Below the pieces are notes generated by a model that worked only from the letters and a program-made list of their open reading frames with translations, was not told the DNA's origin and searched no databases. This document shows positions 25,752 to 38,300 of a DNA stretch of 64,000 nt, one piece after another. Position numbers and translations under genes: made by a program. Every line of letters begins with the position of its first letter. Position 1 is the stretch's first letter. Source of the DNA: Lama glama (Eukaryota); contig CM052816.1 of the NCBI GenBank assembly GCA_028534125.1, positions 9,364,001-9,428,000 of the forward strand, read 5' to 3'.

Positions 25752-26177
25752 TTAAGTTGAAGTGTACAATGTATCAATTTATGATGTACACCGTAACGTC
25801 CCAGTCATACATATATATACATATATTCGTTTTCATATTCTTTTTCATTAAAGTTTTTCAAGATATTGAATATAGTTCCCTGTGCTATATAGAAGAAATT
25901 TGTTTTTTTTTCTATTTTTATATATAGTGGTTAACATTTGCAAATCTCAAACTCCCAAATTTATCCCTTCCCACCACCTTTCCCTGGTAACCATAAGATT
26001 GTTTACTATGTCTGCGAGTCTGTTTCTGTTTTGTAGATGAGTTCGTTAGTGTCCTCTTTTTCTTTTAGATTCCACATATGAGTGATATCATATGGTATTT
26101 TTCTTTCTCTTTCTGGCTTACTTCACTTAGAATGACAGTCTCCAGGTCCATCCATATTGCTGCACATGGAATTATTT
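25752..26177 (-). mobile_element. 5'-truncated lineage-specific L1 3'UTR inserted into an older L1M
   Basis: Homologous to 5017-5450 and to the reverse complement of ~46080-46500; TSD tgagattttt (25742-25751) / tgagactttt (26178-26187). Confidence 0.9.
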
Positions 26178-26852
26178 TGAGACTTTTAAAAATAGCACTA
26201 TAGTATTTTATTGAATGCATATTCCCTGGTTTACTTAACAAATTCCATGTTGCTGGATATTTAGGTTAAATATTTAGGATTTTTAGGTTAAAAGGTTTTG
26301 CTGCATTGAACATTCTTGTAGTTTACTTTTATTTTTATTAACTTTTCCACTCAGCCATGTGTATTTACATGAGAAGTTTCTATGTGTCAAATCACTTGGT
26401 CAATCTACACGCACACCTTAAAGCTTTTGCTAACTAATGGTCAAACTGATCCCTTGAAAGGTTATGTAATGTATTTTTTGAGCTGCAATTTGAGGGGATG
26501 TTTGTTCTGGGAGATGAAATGTGTTATTTCTGATTTTGTCTCCAAATTATAGGGTTTTCAAATTTGAAACCTATGAATTAATTTATAGATGGTGATCATA
26601 TGGGAAGAATAGTGGATTTCCAATACGATTCCTGTCCATGTTAGTTACATTTGTTAATAAAATAAATAAATTAGGTAAGAAAGTTGTAGATACAGTAGTA
26701 CCAAATTCAGAGTCTTTAATACAATGGAAAGGATTGAATATCAACTTAGATGACCTGGCTTGAATTCTGGCTCTATAATCTTAAACAAGTACAATCACTG
26801 TAAACTTCTGTTTGCTCATTTGTAAAATGAGAATCTAATCTGTCCTGTCTAT

Positions 26853-27800
26853 TGGTAGGGGAAGTAGACTATGTGATCTGGGTGTGGTTGATTCCATTCC
26901 CGCTTAGGAGGTAGGCTTTGATTCATTTAAGCCAAAAAGTGTAATCCTGTCTCCCTTACCTGATAAGTGGTTCGTGGATGAGCAACTCAGTTTATGCCCA
27001 TCAGCATATAGCATTTGCAGTAGATTGCATTATGTTCAAAATATATCAGACTCATCCCATCTAGATTTTCTTACTGAAAGAACTTACTCCCATCTCACCA
27101 ACCACATGCTTAGGCAATGACTTTCTTTGCCTCATAAAATGTGTGTGGAACTTCTCAAGTGGAAGTTTTAAGGACCAGCCTGTGGTTCTGCCACCACTCT
27201 TTCCTCTGCCAGAAGATTAATATGTCCTAGAAATTGGCTGCTCCTTCAATCTTAGTCCCAGAATGGAGAAGACAAGAATGAAGTCTCAGCTGTTCCACAA
27301 TTGCCACCATGCAAATTAAATGAGAAACAACCCTCTATTGCTTTGCAAGCCACTGAGGCCTTAGAGTTATCTGTCACCAGAGCTCAACTTAGCCTAGGCT
27401 GACTCACATACCATTTCTTGGGCCAGAATGAACATTTTTCAAGAGTGGGTGCCTAACCTAATTTTTTCCACTCAGGATGAAGTGCAGGGCATTTGTGTTA
27501 CATCTGGGAAAAGGCAGCTCTCTCTTTCTCCAAATGCTGTGCTATATAGTGGTGTCACCAGGAACTGCTGTAGGATTTTGCTACTATAATAGTCCAAGGA
27601 AAGAGCAGACAGAGGGAAAAACACCAAGAGAACTGCAGAGAAAGGGAGCCAGAATCCTAATCTTAAATCAGTGCCTGAAGCTAATCTACGTTTGAAGTCT
27701 TCAGTTAAATGAACCGGAAACAACACATTTACTTTACAGTTTAAGACACTTTCAGTTGAGTTTTCCTCTATTTGCAGCCGAAACATCACGGCTGATTCAA
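26853..27800 (+). mobile_element. MLT1K-like LTR interrupted by a nested MLT1I-like LTR (27016-27410)
   Basis: Inner LTR tgcagtagattgcatta...gcaagccactgag...gcctaggctgactcacata flanked by gcatt/ccatt; outer LTR ends ...tatttgcagccgaaacatcacggctgattca. Confidence 0.7.
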
Positions 27801-28799
27801 ATGTCTTCTGTAATATGTCAGAAGAACACAATTTGGGAAGCATGAAAACAGGATGATACCATAAGATAATTTCATCATCAAATAGTGTGTGTGTTAATGG
27901 TGGTTTCAGAGGACAAAAGGGAAACTCATTTGGCAGATTTCCAGGAGATGAGGATTTCTGAGACTAGGGGGCAATACAGTTATTCCACTGTAAGGTGGAA
28001 GCAAAAAACAGGATGGAGTATGTGGTGAAGAAGTCATGGTCCCTGATTTCACACATGCTGATTTCTGGTTCTCTGTACCCTCCTGTTCTTAGAGTTCTGG
28101 TGTTGCTTCTCACTGTCTTAGCTGACCTACAGGACTTCAAACATTGCCTGCTTAACTAGATGTCCATTCCCAGCCCACTGCTCTGTCACAGTCCTTACTT
28201 TTAGCAGAGGGGCCTCTTCCTGGGCTCATTGCTTGACTGGTAGGGGGCTTAATTAATTAACATTTGTAAGATGTTTCAGCTCTTTAGCGGATTAGGGATA
28301 ATTAGGTAAGCAGAGCTAAGAGCTTTTTATTACCTTCCTCTCTGCTGGTCTCTTTTCTTGCTTCTTCTGGAGTAACTGGCATTGATGTTGACTTGAATGA
28401 ACTTGAACTTGTTATGCTGATTTATTTAGCTTTTCATTAAATAGATTCAGAAGTCTCCCAGGTCCCACAAGGGAAACACTTTGCAAGGATCAGACATTTC
28501 TCCTATAGACCAGGCAAATTCATTGTTGATAAATAATGCAGGCTTATAATCGCCATAAAGGGCAACGTGTTTGAAAGCCACAGGTGGAATCCGCTGGATT
28601 CTTACAGCTTTCTTTGACAAGAAACTCCCCTCCACTAGCCAGCTTGGGCATCACAGTTATCCTGGGGCCCCCATCTAGTAATTTCCTCCCCACTAATGCA
28701 CCATACTCTGAAGACTAGAGAATTTTAAAATGTTCTTTTTTTTTTTCACATCTTGAATGAATATTTTTTCTTCTTTTCTTCTTATTTTACCATACAGAA

Positions 28800-29272
28800 G
28801 ATGAATCAGTTAGGAACTATATTTAATAAAAACAGAAACCTGAGATAACACTGGTTCACAAGATGGAGGTTTATTTTTCTCTTTTATGTAGGCATTCTGG
28901 AGGCTGACTTTCTGTAGTTATTACAATGATTCTATGGTACAACCTGTACTTCTGGCTTCTTCTATCTTTTTGTTCTGTTGTTAGTATGTGACTTCCAACT
29001 TCAAGGTGCAAGATGGCCACTGCAGCTCCAGACATCAAGTCTATATTCACGGCAGAAAAAATGAAGAATGGAAAACATGCAAAAGAATCTCCTACCTAAT
29101 TTAGCAACCCTCCTGAAAGCCTTATCCAGTACTTAGTTACCTGGCTACCCCTTTCTTAAGGTGATGCTGAAAAAAGTAGTTTTGCATCAGTGCACATTGA
29201 TGCCCCCAACAAGACCAAGTTTCTATTATTAAGAAAGAAGTGGTGATGAGTAATTATTAGCTTCTATCCCAC
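28800..29272 (-). mobile_element. MLT1J-like MaLR solo LTR
   Basis: caaggtgcaagatggccactgcagctccagacatcaagtctatattc. Confidence 0.7.
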
Positions 29273-31766
29273 AGCATTCCTGAAATTTCTTAAGTAATAA
29301 TACTTACTTCAACAATAATTACTAGTATTTGTACAGTGTGTTAGGTTGTCAAAATCAAACCTTCAATGGTCATGGCCTCTTAAGGTCCTGGGGTTTTTTA
29401 ATAACACAGAGACCATTTTATCTGGAAGAACATTAGGAAATTTTTACTTGCCACATGATACCTAGCCATGAACCATCTCAAACAGAAGCAGAGGAAGAAA
29501 CCTTCTCAATGATTTTAATAAGTTTAAACATTATACTGACTCCCCCAGGCACCTTCTGGTAGTTTTACCTGCAATTACTCTAGAGCAAAAGGGACAGAAT
29601 ATGAAGTTCTGGTGCTTCCTGTGCAGGGGCTCTGTCCAATCTCTTGCTTTTTCTGTTGGATTCATGTCCTCTCCAGTATCCTCAGGCAGTGTGTTTTTGG
29701 GGTGAGGTGCTGAATGTATTAGGCATCAGTCTGAATGCATCCCAGCTAGGGGTGCAGGAGGTCACTGCAGAATTCTAGCCTTGGGGCAATAAGAACAAAA
29801 TAAAAGATACTCAATGGGCAACTCCCTGGCAATTGACCATTTCCAAACTGTTCTGCCTTAAGATGACAATGACAGGTACTTGTTGAAGGGGTTGGGTGAT
29901 GGGGGACAGTGCAGGGAAGAGACAAATGGAAAAAGACTGGACAATCCTCTGAGTCTAATGTAAGGGAAATACCCAGCAGAGTAGCAAGCTAGCAGGTGCT
30001 CACTCAATGGTAGTTCCCTGTGCCCTTTGTGGTTCTGGGACTAGGAAGGTTGGGAACTGCCAGGGAGATTATCTCACAAAGGCATTTCATCTCCACTCAT
30101 TTTCGTGCTATCATCCAGAAATAATGAGAGACATTGGCAAAAATGCTGAGACCTTTGCATACCAAGGGTTAGAAGACATTTCCTCCACCATCTTTTTGGG
30201 ACCATTTTGTATTTGTGGATTAGACCTTATCCAGAAGCTATTTCTGTCAGCAAAATGCAGCTTCCTTCTCTCCCACCACCCACTTCTTGCCCTGTCCTGC
30301 CTCCGTCAGCTGTTGTTTTCAGAGAGCAGGAAGCAGAACTAATATGCCCTTTGATTCACTTCTGCTGTCTGCTAACGAGGTTGTGGTTCAAGTATGTGAA
30401 GATGTCATTTTTCCTGTGAGGTATCTTTGTCCTTGTCTTCTGCTGATGGCTATCTTAGAGCAACCATCAGTATGCAAAGTTCAGAGGCAGTGTCATTGTT
30501 TGGGGAGAGCATATGGAACCTGAATTTCATTTCTCCCCTGGGACATACGCTGTTAATTAAAGGCAGATTCTAAAGATTGCAGTCGGCATATGCATTGTCA
30601 CAGCGGAGAGAACAGAAAAATCCACTGACTGTATTTCAGCTTCATGTCAATCATTCTATATTTGAATGAAGGTAGTAAGCTCCTTGTTATATATCACATT
30701 TAACAGAGGTGATTAATACACTGCTTAAAATCCTTCAGTGCATTCCCAACTCTTTGGAGAAATTCTGAACTCCTAGCATAGCCTTTAAGATCTACTGGGA
30801 TCCGGTCTCTGGCCATCTACCTTTCCAGCCTCACATTTTACCACCTTCCAATATGTACTTTATAATTTACCCAAATCTAGAAAATAATAATAATAAAAGC
30901 TCACTTTCTGAGGCCAGCATCTATGCTAAATACTTAACATAAACCCCATGTAGCTCCAAGTAGGAATTCCTGGAAATGGGATTGCTGACTAAATTAAGAT
31001 CTCTGGGGCATACTTCTCATAAATGCTTGTATACATTGTTCATTGGTGATTGGTGTTCTAGTCTTTTCAAATATCCTGAGACCATCATGTGTCTTTAATC
31101 ACAGTTTCTACTGATGTCCCTTAATTTGATTTCTGGTTGATGCTCCTGGGCTGCAGGGATGTTCTTCATACTGCCCCAGATCTGCAGTCAACCCAGTTGC
31201 TAGCTCATCTGCATCCTCTGAGCTGCAGCCATTTCCTTGAAGCCTCCTGGAGCTGCTATGACACTTGCATTTCAGCATGTTGATGGATGCTTGTCCTTTG
31301 GTACCCTTAGCAGGGCCCAGCACTGTTACCTGCCAAATCTTAGTCAGCTGTTATGGGTCAACATTGCTTGCCAGCATGCAAAATAAATAGCATAGAGGAA
31401 ATTAACTGTAAACTATACACTTCCATCAGTATCCTCCTTGCAGCTAGCTCTTGAGCTCTCATTGGTGGAGAAGAAATATGTGTGTATAGAATGTATTGTA
31501 ATGATTCAATATATATAATACACTGTAATGATTTATATGAATATGCAGTATATTTTAATAAAATGCATTGAGGACAACTTTATAATAAAGCAGCATTTCT
31601 AGCTGTACATTAGGTTCTCCGTTTAGTTCTCACAAAAAAACACCTGTGATTTTAAATAAATTGGATTAAATACTGTTATTATTACAGATGTGGAAACTGA
31701 GGCTTAGAACAACTTAAGTGATGTATTTAAGGTGGCATATAGCAGAACAGCTCAGCCAGTATCTCA

Positions 31767-32116
31767 GCAGGAGCTCACTAATAGCTCTCAGCTTGAAATC
31801 AGCCATAGATAATTTGAGGGAGTAGAAGAGGGTACCGTATATTTTATTATAATTTTAAGGCATTTGAATTCACTAATAATTAATTTCATACACAAACACC
31901 TCAACACAGATCTGGATTTCTGTTGAAAAATCAAAAGTTATAGGAACAAGAGGTCATACCTAGCACTGATCACTGGAGCCATGGGAGGGTTGCAGCATGC
32001 TCTCCTCAGTTTACCACAGTCTGCACTACTCTCTCTTGTCTTTCCCAAGACCTGACCAACTCCACTCATTCATATTACCTCTGGCTCCTATGGCCATTTT
32101 GAGTTTAGGGCCACTG
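31767..32116. mobile_element. MER102-like element
   Basis: ctcagtttaccacagtctgcactactctc...tccactcattcatattacctctggctcctatggccattttgagtttagggccactg. Confidence 0.7.
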
Positions 32117-33429
32117 AGCAAAACACACACACACACTCCTCTTTCTCTGTAGTTTCTCCAAAGAACTATAGTTTGCTATTTCCTTCCTTTACAGTTGCTC
32201 AACCAATTACTATTACTTTTACTCAACCAATAAAATCCGCTTCCTTTTCTGCCTCTCTGTCATTCCCTCTTCCCAACACTTCCCATTCCTGCTGACAGGT
32301 GCCTCTGTGAGCACTCTGGGCAAAACTCTCTTTGAGTCCTACTGCAGTGTACTGTAATTGTCCTTTAAATGTGTTGTTCACACAAGCCTACTGACAGCTG
32401 AGAGTAAGTCTTCCCCCCTACATCTCAAGGCTCAGCTTATTCTTGCTCTGTAAGGATCTGAATGAGTGAATGAATGGATGGATGGATGGGTGAATGCATG
32501 ACTTGTTGACTTGAACTCAGGTGGAAACCACTTTCTACTCTCCTTTCCAGAGCAGGGAAAGTGAATATGAAAAGCGGTCTGTAGTGACCTGCCCTTGGTT
32601 TTTGACCAGAGCATACATAGCATATGCTTGAACTGCTTGTTGGTCTGCTCAGCAATTGCTTCTAAACCAAAATTAAACAGGAGGAAAGAATACAATGTTT
32701 TTTTTCCTTTCCAGAGGAAACCAGAACAGTCAATAGTATTAAACCACAGATAAAGCTGAATGGTCATTTAGTTTTTAAGAATTAAAAAGAACAAGTCTCT
32801 AAGATATTAGTCATTGACTACATTTGAGTGCTGAATTTAGTCTGAACTCATAGTGAAGACAATTCTAGTCCACTTAAGAAAAACACTTATTCAACAAGAC
32901 ATTATACTAGCCAGAAAGTTTAAAAAAAAGTCTCTTTATCTGATCATGTTACTGAAATATTTTGGTTGACACTTATTTTAACTAGGCATTTTGCCATCCA
33001 CAAATGGCGATATTTTACTTATAGTTTCCCAGCAGTTAGATATCTTTTCTTCCTTTGTAACTATTGCAATTGCACAATTCCCCAATCCAACATTAACTAT
33101 GAAGTTAAATGCCAACCTTTTTCTGGTTCTTTTTTGAAAAGATTATCAAAATGATATGCTCATATGGCTTAAAATAATGAGGTGGAAGATTCATAAGAAA
33201 CAGCTGTCCCTTGTCCCACCTCCCCAGTTTCTCTCTCTAGTAGCAATCATTTCAAAGTATTTTTAGCTATCTCTTACTGTAGCTTAATATTCCTAAATGC
33301 TATGCTTTTACTGTTTTTCTTTATTAATTTTAGATATTACGTACTTGACTCCTGGTTACAGAAGATAGTGATTCAACTCTTTAATACCATCTCTGCTTCT
33401 ACTTTATCATCCTCATCCTCTCCATATGT

Positions 33430-34142
33430 ATAGTAAACACTACCTTAAAAATAAAATCCACATCCAGCCTTCATTACTTTTGTATGCAATAGCCCCCCAA
33501 AGTCCCCCTGTTTCTACCCTTGCCTTCCTACATTCTAGTCTTAACACAGCAACCAGAGGGCTCCTTCTAAAATGCAAGGAAGGTCTTGTCACTTCTCTGC
33601 TCACAACCTTGCAGTGGTTCCTCAGCTTACTTGGGATAAAGGCCCAAGTCCTTACAATGCCCTTCAAGGCCCTGCATGATCTGGCTCTCATCAACTTCTG
33701 GTCTAGTCTCTTACTGCTCTCTGCTTTGCTCACATGTTTCCAGCCATGGTGGTCTCATTATTTGTCAAGCATTTCAGACACACTTTTTTACTTTAGAGTC
33801 TCCCCAAGGTCTATTGTGTCAGTATGTAACACTCTTCTCCTGAATATTTGTATGGCCAACACCCTTACCCTCCTCTCAACCTGCCCCCTCCTGCCTCCTC
33901 TCAGCGTTTTTAGGTTCCTTTCATTCTGGTAGGCCTTTTAATTATTCCATAGCACTTATCACCTCCTAATCTACTGAATTTACTTACTTATGTCTAAGTT
34001 TGTTGTCTGTATCCCTACATCTGCTGGACTGTAAGCTCCATAAAAGCCAGGATTTTTGTTTTGTTGACTAATGTGTGCCACACACCTAGAAGACTGCCTA
34101 GCATATAGAAGCTACTCAAAAAATGGGATGAGTGAATGAGTC
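33430..34142 (+). mobile_element. L2a fragment with 3' tail (source of the spurious 168-aa ORF)
   Basis: cacagcaaccagagggctccttctaaaatgcaag...aaggccctgcatgatctggc...gactgtaagctccata...gagtgaatgag. Confidence 0.85.
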
Positions 34143-34318
34143 AATATTATAATTAAATGTGATACACTGCAGGGCAAGGTGTAGTATCATGGGAAGGTCA
34201 TTGCCTTTCTTGCAGTTTTCTTATTCTCCAAGTTTATAACTACACTTTTCTTCCCTTATCCCATCTGTTATTCATTCATTCCAACATTCATTCAAAATGT
34301 TTTGTAAGATCAGAGTTT

Positions 34319-34416
34319 TGCTTTTAAGGAGAATGATGTTTCTCTAATAAGTATAATTTTGGCTTTATGCTTTTAAGGAGAAAGATGTTTCTCTAATAAG
34401 TATAATTTTGGCTTTA
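34319..34416 (+). repeat. Tandem duplication, 2 x 49 bp, one mismatch
   Basis: tgcttttaaggagaa[t/a]gatgtttctctaataagtataattttggcttta at 34319-34367 and 34368-34416. Confidence 0.97.
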
Positions 34417-34470
34417 GTAAAAGATTTTTTTTATCATGTTAAGAGAGCATCCTTATACTATTTTGAAAAA

Positions 34471-37400
34471 GCTTTATTAAGATATAATTCACAGATTGCA
34501 CAATTCACCCCTTCAAAGTGTACAATGTGAAGAATTATGTCCGTTCAAAATTTATACGTGTAAGTCCCAACTTGCAAGACCTCAGAATGTAACAAGATTT
34601 GGAGAAAAGGTCTTTAAAGAGATAATAGTTTAAAATGAGAACATTAGGGTGGGGTCCTAGTTCAACACAGCTGGTGTATTGAGAGACACCAGAAGTGCAC
34701 ATGCTCAGAGGGATGACCATATGAAGACAAAGAAACAAGAGAGTGGCCATCTGCAAGCCAAGGAGAGACGTCTCAGCAGAGACCAATCCTGCCAATACCT
34801 TGTTTGTGAACTCCTAGCCTCCAGACCATGAGATAATAAATTTCTGCTGTTTAATTTATCTAGTCTGTGATATTTTATTATGGCAGCCCTAGCAAACTGA
34901 TAACAGATTTTTAAAGAGTATTTACAAATATGTGTATCTATCACCACAGTTAATTTTAGAGTTTCATAACCCCAAAAGGATCACTATTCCCTTTAGCTAT
35001 CATCACCTTCTGCCCTCTCTATCCACCCCAGACTTGGGCAACCACTAATCTACTGCGTATCTCTAGAGATTTGCCAATTCCAGAGATTTCATACGGAAGA
35101 TATCATATAATAAGTGATGTCTTGTGATTGACTTGTTTTACTCAGCATGTTTTTAAGATTCCTCCATGTTGTAACATGTTTAAGGACTTCATCCTTTTTT
35201 ATGGCCTAATACGATTCTTTGTATGCGTATTACCACTTCTTGGTTTCCCAGGCACCAGTTGATAGAGATTTGAGTTGTTTCCACCTTTTGGCTATTACGA
35301 ATAACACTGCTATAAACTTTTGTGTACGAGCTTTTGTGTGAGCATATGCATATGTTTTCACTCTCTTGGGTATATACCTAGAGCGGAATTGCTGGGTCAT
35401 AAAGTAACTCTATGATTAATTTTTTGAGGAACTGTCACACTGCTTTCCAAAGTGGCTGCACCATTTTACATTCCCACCAGCAGTATATGAGGGTTCCAGG
35501 TTGCCACAACCTCACCAACTCTTGCTATTATCTGACTCTTTGATTATAGCCATTTTATTAGGGGTGAAGAATAAGCTCATTATGGTTTTGATTTGCGTTT
35601 CTCTGACGACTAAAAGACAATTGTCTTTTCACGTGCTTATTGGCCATTTGTTTATCTTCCTTGGAGAAATATCTATTCAAGCCCTTTATCCATTCTTAAA
35701 ACTGGATTATTTTCTTAGATTTGAAAGACTTCTTTATATAATCTAGATACAAATTCCTAATGATTTGCAGGTATTTTTTCCATTTCTATGGGTTGTCTTT
35801 TCACTTTCTTGATAGTGTCTTTTACAACACAAAAGCTTTTAATTTTGAGGAAGTCCAACTTACCTATTTTTTCTCTTGTTGCTTGTGATTTTGATGTCAT
35901 ATTTAAGAATCCATTTCCAAGTATGAGTTCATAAAGATTTACCCCTATGTTTTCTTCTAAGAGTTTTATAGTTAGCTCTTAGATTTAGGCCTTTAATACA
36001 TTTTGAGTTAATTTTTGTATGTCATATGAGGTAAGGGTCCAGCTTCATTCTTTTTGTGTGTGGCTTTTCAGTTATCCCGAAACAATTTGTTAAAAAAAAG
36101 ACTAGCCTTTCCTGAATTGAGTGGTCTTGGCACCCTTGCCTTAAATCAATTGACCACATACACGTGAGTTATTTCTGGCTTTCATTTCTATTCCATTGAC
36201 CTATGTTGTCTATCCTTATGCTACAGCTATACTGTCTTAATAATCATTGTTTTGCAGAAGTTTTTAAATTGGAAAGTGTGAATCCTTCTGCCTTGTTCTT
36301 CTTTTTCAATATGGTTGTGAATATTCTGGGTCCATTGCAATTCCATATGAATTTTAGAATCAGCTTGCCAATTTCCACAAACAAGTCAGGTGGAATTCTC
36401 ACGGGGACTGTGTTGCACCTGTAGCTAAATTTGAGGCGTACTGCCATTTTAAAACATTAAGTCTTCTGATAATGAACTTGGGATATTTGCCATTCATTTA
36501 AACACTTTAATATTTTTTCAATGTTGTTTCATAGGTTTTGTAAGTGTACATGTCTTTTGTTAAATTTATAAGTATTTTACCCTTTTTGGTGCTATTGTAG
36601 CTGGAATTGTTTTCTTAATTTAATTTTTAGACTGTTCATTGCAAGTGTACAGAAATACTGTTGACTTTGTTCATTCCTTCATTTTTTTTCTCTCTGTTCT
36701 TTGGATTATATAATCTCTCTAGGCCTCTCTTCATGTATGCTGATTCTTTCTTCTGTTAGTTCAAATCAACTGCTGAACACCTCTAGTGAATTTTTCATTT
36801 CCACTATTGTACTTTCAACACCAGGTTTTCCATTGGTTCTTTTTTAAATAATGTCAGTCTCCTTACTAATGTACTCTAGTCAATGCAACATTGTTATCGT
36901 ACTTTACCTATTTAGTTATGGTTTTCTTTAGTTCTTTGTACATATTTTGATGGCTACTTGGAATGCCTTGTCTGTTAAATCTTACACTTGATTGTCTCAC
37001 AGGCAGTTTATTCTGTCTGCTTTCTTCTTCAGCATATGTGTCACACTTCTCTATTTCTCTGCATGCTTTTGCAGTTTTGTTGGAAACTGGATATTGTAGA
37101 TAATATATTGCAGCAACACAGTACTGTCTTCTCACTTGTTGCTTTTCATTGCTATTTGCTTAGCAGCTGGCTAGATTATTTAAGTGAAGTCTATTTCCCT
37201 CCCCCATAGTGTTGAGCCTCTAACGTTGCTTCTTAGGGGGTGCAGCCTTATGTATACTTACTGTCATCTTGAGCTGGCTGAGGTTTTGGCAGGGTTCTCT
37301 TTGACTATCTTTTTCCCTGTCCACACCCAACTGGTAAACTCCATAAACTGTAGGTTGATTACTCAAGCTTTTAAAAATGCTCTGGAGTATAAATTGTTCC

Positions 37401-38300
37401 ACAGATGAAACCATCCAAATTTAGCCCCCTTTGAAGGAACAGTACCCTAGGTCAATGTTTATGATTTGTTCTGGCCCCAAATGTCTCCTCCCAGCTGTCC
37501 CCCTCCCTGTTCTCTTGGACAACTAGCCAGCTTACAGTTCAGCCTATAAATCCAATGAATCTATCAGTCTCCTCCCAGTTGCCTTTAACCACAACTTTCG
37601 CTGTTCTTGAGAGTGTCCTTAAACTCAAACTTCTCTACATTCTGTTCCAAGTGAAGTCAGTTTCTTTGGGAAGAGATTAGGATCTGTCTACTTTATGACC
37701 TGCTTCTTCCCTCGGGCAGAATATCTGCGAGCGTTCTGGAGCTGCAGGTGGGGATAATAAACATTTCTCTCTGAGTGATACCACCACTTCAGGAGCTGAG
37801 CTCTTGGTGGAGGAGGGGAAAGTAGCCTTGGTCTTCTCAGCTTGCCTCTCCGACCTGCAACCACCATCTTACAAGTTTAGGGCAGGGGCTGTTGGGGCTC
37901 CAGTCTTCTCAGTGGCAGCACACCCAAGGTAGAGCCTTCGTACCACAAGTGGAGGGTGAGTGGAGGAAGAGACCCCGCTACCTCTCAGTGGCATTTGCCT
38001 GAAACAGCCTCACCAACATATAACTGGGGGCAGGATAAAGCAGGACTTTTCCCACCTGTACCAGTCTGGAGCAAGGTTTTCATCGCACCAATTTCAGTGG
38101 GAGGAGAAGGGAGAGTGTCTCAGTTGAAAAACCAGACTTATTGTCATTACCAAATTATAATGGATTTTCTTGAGTAAATTTTATTTGCTGTGTTTCCTTG
38201 GGACCATTTCCAGGGACTTTGAATGGTTGTTTTTGTTTTTATATAATTTTCACTAGTTTCATTGGAGAGCAAGTCTGTAGCGCTGGTCATGTTGTCATGC
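34471..38300 (-). mobile_element. Old L1 (L1MB-type 3' end) with ORF2 C-terminal part joined directly to ORF1 N-terminus and 5'UTR
   Basis: 3' end gctttattaagatataattcac; minus ORF 36244-36447 (YRCNTVPVRIP...KLILKFIWN...KKKNKAEG) is ORF2; after ~36670 the sequence is antisense ORF1/5'UTR-like. Confidence 0.8.
34526..34905 (+). mobile_element. MLT1B MaLR solo LTR inserted in the L1 3' end
   Basis: acctcagaatgtaac...ggccatctgcaagccaaggagagac...ctagcctccagaccatgagataataaatttctg...ggcagccctagcaaactgataaca. Confidence 0.88.

Noticed and set aside
33426..33932. 168-aa ORF
   Set aside because: Lies inside a decayed L2; no splice context or recognisable host protein
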